64,000 nucleotides of DNA. Source: an uncultured delta proteobacterium (GTDB lineage Bacteria; Desulfobacterota; Desulfobacteria; Desulfobacterales; SG8-13). This document shows, one piece after another, positions 57,837-64,000 of the stretch. Each line of letters starts with the position of its first letter. Position 1 is the first letter of the stretch. The notes beneath the pieces are model-generated. The model did not search any database and was not told the DNA's origin. It worked only from the letters and a program-made list of their open reading frames with translations. The translations under genes were made by a program, and so were the position numbers. Location: the NCBI GenBank assembly GCA_963848135.1, contig CAWKCK010000017.1, positions 1,218,538 to 1,282,537 of the forward strand. The letters are read 5' to 3'.

Positions 57837-58451
57837 ATGACCGATAACTATGCCAGAATTATCGCCGAGAACCTTGGGCAACTTTACCGTTGCCGGACGG
57901 TGGACCTCGCCGCGGCCCTGCCGGCCGAGCAGGACGGCGGTTCGCATACGTTCAAAGCCTTCGGCGAAACCTGCCGGATTTCACCTGAAGGAGTCTCTTT
58001 CGGCGGGCGAAGTGAAAACGGCGTCCTCGGCGTTCTCATCTCCCTTTACGCCCGTCATGCCCGGCCATCGTCTCAAATTATCGAGCCGTTGAAGTCTTTC
58101 AAAGAAATGCCCAACAGCATGCCCTATGCCGGTGCCTTCGTGACCCATACCGAATTGCCCCTGGTGCCATGGGTAGACCAAATCGAAGCCGCGCAAAATC
58201 GCATCATCGAATTCCTCGGTGGGGATGCCGACGCCCATCCGGCAACCGGCGATTTCAGTTTTCTGTTACAGCCCCTGCCCAAAATCGCCTTGATGTACAT
58301 CTTCTATCGCGCCGACGATGAATTTCCCGCCTCTGCGACCTGCCTGTACTCGAACAATGCCGCGGAATTCATGCCCAGCGACGGCCTGGCGGACATCGGC
58401 GAATACACCTCGAAAAAAATCCTATCCATTTTAGTAAGTGGAGAAGTGTAG
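57837..58451 (+). CDS. DUF3786-domain protein
   Basis: 204 aa. N-terminal ..YARIIAENLGQLY.. pattern typical of the family found next to acetyl-CoA-pathway genes. Confidence 0.7.
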   Translation: MTDNYARIIAENLGQLYRCRTVDLAAALPAEQDGGSHTFKAFGETCRISPEGVSFGGRSENGVLGVLISLYARHARPSSQIIEPLKSFKEMPNSMPYAGAFVTHTELPLVPWVDQIEAAQNRIIEFLGGDADAHPATGDFSFLLQPLPKIALMYIFYRADDEFPASATCLYSNNAAEFMPSDGLADIGEYTSKKILSILVSGEV

Positions 58452-58720
58452 ACTCATATTTTAAAGTTTCTTAGATAAATTAGCGTGTTCCATCTCACCA
58501 GCCTCCCACCTGTCTCTTGACAATCTATAATTATTTTTCTATAAGCCTTTGCTCTGCAAACAGTTGGTTGCAGCCGTCCCTGACAATTTATACCGCTTTT
58601 AAAAATAAATTCCGCAATACGCAAAGATGGTATAAGTAGTTGCTGAAAAAAACGTTCGAATAACAAAACTTTTTTACAATCACTAAAGATCCGATCTGAC
58701 TGAACCAAAAGGAGTATAAG

Positions 58721-59656
58721 ATGATCCATGTCGAAAATCTGACAAAGCACTATGGTGACGTCTGCGCTGTGGATCATATCAACATCGACATCAAAAAAGG
58801 TGAAATTTTGGGCCTGCTGGGCCCTAACGGCGCGGGAAAAACCACCACTCTGAGGATGTTGACCGGGTTCTTGACACCCAGCGCTGGAACCATCCAGGTC
58901 AAGGACTATGATATCGCGCACCAGTCCATCGAAATCAAAAAAATCATGGGGTATCTACCCGAATCGGCGCCGCTCTACCACGAAATGCTGACCTACGATT
59001 ACCTGAATTACATCGCCGAAATTCGCGAACTCCCATCGGACCGTAAACAGCCCCGCATCCGCGAGCTCGGCGACTTATGCGGTTTAGATACCGTCATGCA
59101 CAAATCGATCGGCGAACTATCCAAGGGTTTCAGACAGAGGGTCGGCCTGGCCCATGCCCTGCTGAGCGACCCCGAAATCCTGATTCTCGACGAACCGACT
59201 TCCGGTCTGGATCCGAACCAAATTGTCGAAATACGGGACATCATCAAACGTATCGGCAAGCAGAAAACAATCATTTTGTCGACTCACATACTCAGTGAAG
59301 CCGAAGCCACCTGCGACCGCATCATAATTATCAGCCAGGGGAAAATCGTCGCCGACGGCAATGTTGAAAGCCTCAAGAATTCGGCCGGAAACACCACTCT
59401 TGTTCATCTCGTTTTCCAGCAGACAGATGCTGAAACCGTTCGGAGTAAACTGTCGGCAACTGCAGGGGTGGATCAGATCGTGGGGGTGACCGACGACAAA
59501 GGTTCGCTGAAGGTCACACTGTCGGTCTCATCTTCTCAGGACACGCGAGGCGACATCTACCGCACCATTAAAGAGACTGACTGGGTATTGCTCGAATTTT
59601 ACCAGGAATCCCAGACCCTTGAAACCGTGTTCCGCGAACTGACCAAGGAGAACTAG
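58721..59656 (+). CDS. ABC transporter ATP-binding protein (GldA-like)
   Basis: Walker A GPNGAGKTT, signature LSKGFRQR, Walker B ILILDEP. Confidence 0.9.
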   Translation: MIHVENLTKHYGDVCAVDHINIDIKKGEILGLLGPNGAGKTTTLRMLTGFLTPSAGTIQVKDYDIAHQSIEIKKIMGYLPESAPLYHEMLTYDYLNYIAEIRELPSDRKQPRIRELGDLCGLDTVMHKSIGELSKGFRQRVGLAHALLSDPEILILDEPTSGLDPNQIVEIRDIIKRIGKQKTIILSTHILSEAEATCDRIIIISQGKIVADGNVESLKNSAGNTTLVHLVFQQTDAETVRSKLSATAGVDQIVGVTDDKGSLKVTLSVSSSQDTRGDIYRTIKETDWVLLEFYQESQTLETVFRELTKEN

Positions 59657-59657
59657 T

Positions 59658-60362
59658 ATGCACGCGGCTATTCCTATTTTCAAGAAAGAGTTCGGCACTT
59701 ATTTTGTGTCACCGATAGCTTATATCGTCATCGCCATTTTTCTTCTCGTAACCGGCTGGTTCTTCTTTGCGACGTTTTTTATTCTGGAACAAGCCAGCCT
59801 GCGAAATTTTTTCACCATGCTGCCGGTCATTTTCTCGTTTATCGTGCCGGCCGTTACCATGCGATTGTTTTCAGAAGAATTGAACGTCGGATCTTATGAG
59901 ACCTTACTCACCCTGCCGGTCACCTATACGGATGTCATTCTGGGTAAATTCTCTGCGGCGGTCGCTTTCATCATCGCCATGCTTGTACCGACCATCTGTT
60001 ACGCGATAATTGTGTCTACCCTCGGCAACCTCGATTGGGGACCGGTGATGGGCGGGTATATGGGGGCCGTGCTGCTGGGGGCCGCTTTTGCGGCCATCGG
60101 CCTCTTCGCTTCCGCCGTGACCCGCAATCAGATCATTGCTTTCATCATCGGTCTGGCCATCTGCTTCGCCCTGACGCTGATCGACCGCATGCTCCATTTT
60201 CTTCCCCAAAACTTCCTGGGTGTACTGGCTTATTTGGGAGCGGATCAGCACTTTCAAAATATTTCACGGGGCATTGTCGATTCGCGCGATATTATCTATT
60301 TCCTCAGCATTTGCTTCATCAGCCTATACGGCGCGCATCTGGCATTGGAAGAGAAAAATTAA
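59658..60362 (+). CDS. ABC-2 type permease (GldF-like)
   Basis: 234 aa, 6 TM helices. Starts 1 nt after the ATPase stop. Confidence 0.85.
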   Translation: MHAAIPIFKKEFGTYFVSPIAYIVIAIFLLVTGWFFFATFFILEQASLRNFFTMLPVIFSFIVPAVTMRLFSEELNVGSYETLLTLPVTYTDVILGKFSAAVAFIIAMLVPTICYAIIVSTLGNLDWGPVMGGYMGAVLLGAAFAAIGLFASAVTRNQIIAFIIGLAICFALTLIDRMLHFLPQNFLGVLAYLGADQHFQNISRGIVDSRDIIYFLSICFISLYGAHLALEEKN

Positions 60363-60373
60363 GGAGTTATCAC

Positions 60374-62599
60374 ATGGTGGTCAAAGCAATAAACGGAAAA
60401 TACATCAAATTCATCATATACCTGGTTGCCGTCGTCCTGATAAACTTGGCCGGAATCACGCTTTTCTTTCGTATCGACCTGACAGGCGACAAGATTTATT
60501 CCATTTCTAAAGCCAGTCGTCAGGTGGTCTCCACACTTTCAGAGCCGTTGACCATCGATGTTTTTTTTACCAAGAATCTCCCGGCACCATACAACAACCA
60601 CGAGCGTTACCTGCGCGATTTGCTTGAAGAATATGCTATCTACTCCAGCAAGTACTTCAATTATCGGTTTTATGATGTCAGCCCCGACGAGGGCGATTTA
60701 GACCCCGGCTCGCGAGCCAACCAGGAACTGGCCAACAATTACGGTATCAATTCGATCCAGATTCAGGTAATCGATGAGGATCAGGTCAAGTTTCAGAAGG
60801 CATACATGGGCCTGGTCATCATCCATGGAGATTTGATTGAACGCATCCCAACGATTACTTCCACCGACGGCCTCGAATACCAGCTCACGACGGCCATTAT
60901 GAAACTGAACAATAAAATCAGCGCCCTGCAACGACTTTCGGACAAGATCCGTATCACCCTTTACCAGTCCTCGTCCCTGAATGCGGTGGCAAAGGTCATC
61001 GGCCTCGATGATCTGCCGGATCTACCGGCGCGGACCAAAACCGTCGTCGATAAACTGAACCCGACTCTTTTCAACAAGCTCGAGTTTCTCTACCGCGATC
61101 CCAGCACCGACAGCACGGCTCTCCAGGATTTGCGGACGAAGAAGTACGACCTGCTCAGCCTCAAGTGGCCGGCGATAATGGAAGAAAACATCGCGGCGGG
61201 CGAAGGTTCGGTCGGACTGGTGCTCGAGCACGGCGATACTTCGGTTGTGGTGCAATTGGTCAACATCCTGCGCATCCCGATTATCGGTACCCGCTACGAC
61301 ATGGTGAATCCGGATGATATGGAAGACCTGATCTCTAAGAATATCGAATCGCTGATCGACATCAACGCTGATCTTGGTTACCTGACGGATAAGGGGACCT
61401 TGCCGGTCAGGCCTCAACCGCAGATGAATCCGGACAATGCGGATGCGCTAAATAGTTTCCGGCAGCTCGTGTCTCAAAATTATACAATCAAGGATGTTGC
61501 CCTCTCAGAGGGTGAGATCCCAATGGATCTAAAAACGCTGGTCATCGCGCGACCCATGGAAACGTTCAGTGATTATGAGCTTTACCTCATCGATCAGTTT
61601 CTGATGCAGGGCAAGAACCTCATGCTTATTCTCGACAGCTTCGAGGAAATCCTCCCGTCACCGCAACAGATGGCCTTAGGCATGAATCAGGGTCCCCGAT
61701 ATGAACCGCTCGACACCGGTCTGGAAAAACTGCTCACGCATTACGGGATCCGAGTCAACCGATCATACGTAATGGACAAAAACTGTTACAAACAGGAACT
61801 GCCCCAGGGCATGGGCGGCGGTGAGCGGCCAGTCTACTTTGCACCGCTCATTCAAGCTGACAAAATCAATCATGATCTAGACTTTATGAATAATATCAAC
61901 CGTCTGATAGCTGTTCGCATATCACCTCTGGAACTGGTTGACGACCGTCTTAATGAAAACGTCAAAACCTACCGGGTGTTTTCCTCATCCCCGGAATCCT
62001 GGAAAATGCAGGGGCAGATCAACCTCAATCCCAACTTCATCTTTCCGCCAAAAAATGAGGAAGAGATGCAGAGCTATCCCTTGGCCTATCTGCTAAACGG
62101 AAAATTCACGAGCTATTTCAAGGGCAAACCACTCCCTGAAAAAAAACCATCCGAAAACGATAGTAGCGAATCTAATACCGACAAAAATGAGTCGCAACAG
62201 ACACCGGACATGGCTAAAGAAGCTCAACCCGAAGATGTACCGCCGCAAATTGAAAGCACCGGTGTGTTCCTATCGGACGGCCAACCGGGTTCGATATTTA
62301 TCATGGCCTCTTCCGAAATGCTGACGGACAACGTCATCGATGCCCAGGGTCGAGGTGCCAATGCCGTTTTTATTATGAATGTAATCGACGCCCTGAATGG
62401 CCGGGAAGATTTGGCGAGTTTGCGGAGCAAGAAACAGACGTTTAACCCCCTGCAAAAAATTGGCGCCGGAGCCAAAACACTGATAAAGACCTTCAACATC
62501 GCCGGGCTGCCGGTGCTGGTGTGCCTGTTCGGTGTAATGATCTGGTTCCGCAGAAATGCACGCAAGAAACGCATCCAGGCAATGTTTCACGCGAAATGA
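60374..62599 (+). CDS. GldG-like ABC-transport auxiliary protein
   Basis: ATG after aaggag. N- and C-terminal TM anchors with a large periplasmic domain. The track ORF start at 60035 overlaps the permease and was rejected. Confidence 0.8.
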   Translation: MVVKAINGKYIKFIIYLVAVVLINLAGITLFFRIDLTGDKIYSISKASRQVVSTLSEPLTIDVFFTKNLPAPYNNHERYLRDLLEEYAIYSSKYFNYRFYDVSPDEGDLDPGSRANQELANNYGINSIQIQVIDEDQVKFQKAYMGLVIIHGDLIERIPTITSTDGLEYQLTTAIMKLNNKISALQRLSDKIRITLYQSSSLNAVAKVIGLDDLPDLPARTKTVVDKLNPTLFNKLEFLYRDPSTDSTALQDLRTKKYDLLSLKWPAIMEENIAAGEGSVGLVLEHGDTSVVVQLVNILRIPIIGTRYDMVNPDDMEDLISKNIESLIDINADLGYLTDKGTLPVRPQPQMNPDNADALNSFRQLVSQNYTIKDVALSEGEIPMDLKTLVIARPMETFSDYELYLIDQFLMQGKNLMLILDSFEEILPSPQQMALGMNQGPRYEPLDTGLEKLLTHYGIRVNRSYVMDKNCYKQELPQGMGGGERPVYFAPLIQADKINHDLDFMNNINRLIAVRISPLELVDDRLNENVKTYRVFSSSPESWKMQGQINLNPNFIFPPKNEEEMQSYPLAYLLNGKFTSYFKGKPLPEKKPSENDSSESNTDKNESQQTPDMAKEAQPEDVPPQIESTGVFLSDGQPGSIFIMASSEMLTDNVIDAQGRGANAVFIMNVIDALNGREDLASLRSKKQTFNPLQKIGAGAKTLIKTFNIAGLPVLVCLFGVMIWFRRNARKKRIQAMFHAK

Positions 62600-62628
62600 T
62601 CGTGGACAAACGGAGATTAAAATTTGTT

Positions 62629-62775
62629 TAGAAGTGGTTTCAAAACCCCATCAAACACCAAATTGCGGTGTTGTGGTCCTCCTCAAAATACTCACATACC
62701 CCCATGTATGCTGCGTTTTTTCGTCGGCCCACGCCTTGCACTTCGGCGTGATCTGAGGTTCTGAAACCACTTCTA
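62629..62775. repeat. 147-bp element bounded by 19-bp inverted repeats
   Basis: tagaagtggtttcaaaacc versus ggttctgaaaccacttcta (1 mismatch). Two internal hairpins: acacc..ggtgt and cacgcc..ggcgtg. Confidence 0.65.
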
Positions 62776-62812
62776 CGATCTTACAAGGGCTTAAAAACGG
62801 GAGACGACCAAA

Positions 62813-63856
62813 GTGAAGGTGAAAAAAGAATATGTCATTCTGCTGGCCGTTATTGCCGGACTGTCTGCCTATCTTCTCACGCGGCAAACGGATCGGACGC
62901 ACTACGAACTGCCACAGTTGGCCCCGATAAGTGGCAAGACGATCACCCGCATCGAGATCTCGGGACCCAAAGGCACGGTCGAATTGGCCAAAGCTGATGG
63001 CAATTGGAGCGTGGGATCCAAAAAATATCGGGTGGACAAGGCCAAAGTCAGCCCGATAATAGACACCATATCCGACCTCAGTCTGACGGCCTTGGTCTCC
63101 GAAGCCAAGGATTACCCCCGCTACGAATTGGACGATAAAAAAAAGATCCTCGTCAAAGCATGGAGTGGCTCGACCGTCGATCGGGAATTCGATATCGGCA
63201 AACCCGCCCCCTCGTTCCGCCACACCTTTGTCCGGCTCGCCGGGGATCCTAACGTCTTTCAGGCCAGTGACAATTTCAGGTCTAAATTCGAATACAGCGC
63301 AGAAGACCTGCGGGACAAGGTCGTTCTCTCCTTTGCCGCCAGCGACGTATCGGAAATAGAGCTGTCGAAAGGAGAAGAAGCTCTCTCACTGTCGCGGAAG
63401 GAAGTCCCGCTCGAAAATTCAGGGCAACCCGAGGGGAGTGAAAGTCAAAAGAATGAAAATGCGAAAACTGCGCCGCTCAAGGGTAAAATGTCCTGGCTGA
63501 CGGCTGACGGTCGTCCAGTCGACGCTGCCGTAATCGATCAGCTGGTAGCAACACTGTCCCAGTTGGCGTGCGATAAATATATTCCGGACAAGAGTAAAAC
63601 TGAATTCTCCGCCCCCATATACACAATAGAAGTAAAAGGACTGCAAACCTACGATCTGGCCATTTTCGACAAACAAAACGACATAGACACGTTCTACCCG
63701 GCAACATCATCGCAAAGTGCCGAACCCTTCTATCTGACCGAAGCGAGCACCAAGAGTTTAATGCCAGCATTTGAAGATGTCGTCGAAAAATTTGCCGGGG
63801 AAGGAAAAGGTATTGCACCGGATAAGACAGAACCAAGCAATTCACAAAGTAATTAA
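62813..63856 (+). CDS. DUF4340-domain protein (usual partner of GldG-like proteins)
   Basis: GTG start, N-terminal TM anchor, 347 aa. Confidence 0.75.
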   Translation: MKVKKEYVILLAVIAGLSAYLLTRQTDRTHYELPQLAPISGKTITRIEISGPKGTVELAKADGNWSVGSKKYRVDKAKVSPIIDTISDLSLTALVSEAKDYPRYELDDKKKILVKAWSGSTVDREFDIGKPAPSFRHTFVRLAGDPNVFQASDNFRSKFEYSAEDLRDKVVLSFAASDVSEIELSKGEEALSLSRKEVPLENSGQPEGSESQKNENAKTAPLKGKMSWLTADGRPVDAAVIDQLVATLSQLACDKYIPDKSKTEFSAPIYTIEVKGLQTYDLAIFDKQNDIDTFYPATSSQSAEPFYLTEASTKSLMPAFEDVVEKFAGEGKGIAPDKTEPSNSQSN

Positions 63857-64000
63857 CCGCGCCCTCGGGGAGTTTTCATCATCCGGTAGCGGAGGGAATA
63901 ACCAGCGACTTCAGCGCGCAAACTCATGCATAAGGCAACCTAAGGAAAGAACAGATTTAATAATGATATAAAACTGTTGACTCAGTTCACTTACTGAGAT

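Noticed and set aside
60035-60373. N-terminal 113 codons of track ORF 60035-62599
   Set aside because: They overlap the ABC-2 permease gene in another frame and are Arg/Pro/Gly-rich nonsense. A proper aaggag-ATG start with a TM anchor lies at 60374.

Overview
The window falls into three blocks.

(1) About 1.2-30.3 kb is a visibly AT-richer accessory array. It holds about 23 small, functionally unrelated genes, 20 of them on the + strand. Several are decayed and two are UGA-selenoproteins with SECIS-like hairpins. The genes are separated by at least 17 same-orientation copies of a composite 25-250 bp 'array junction repeat' (AJR). I cannot equate the AJR with attC, REP or CRISPR repeats. A short tyrosine-recombinase gene sits inside the AJR at one identical internal position three times: one near-intact copy, one frameshifted copy and one stub. 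A 2.1-kb two-recombinase element sits in a further AJR copy. Several AJR copies carry an outward sigma70-like promoter. I read this as an integron-like gene-cassette platform driven by a non-IntI recombinase. The repeat architecture is seen directly; the function is inference.

(2) 30.9-44.1 kb starts with an aberrant Ala-type tRNA-like gene and continues as a mobile-element graveyard. It contains two IS110-family elements, an ORF-less group II intron plus a second intron fragment, an IS1595, and a truncated IS3. Interspersed genes encode an epimerase, a cytochrome c peroxidase, a TPR protein, a CorA::K+-channel fusion ORF and an MscS-type channel.

(3) 44-64 kb is a GC-richer core. It contains a radical-SAM remnant, an aldehyde dehydrogenase, a HAD hydrolase, an archaeal-type glutamate-synthase-like trio, metF-metV-mvhD, DUF3786, and a GldA/F/G-like ABC system with DUF4340.

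Gene content suggests an acetyl-CoA-pathway, selenoprotein-using deltaproteobacterium (Desulfobacterales-like); this is inference only. All coordinates were derived by eye and may be off by a few bases.
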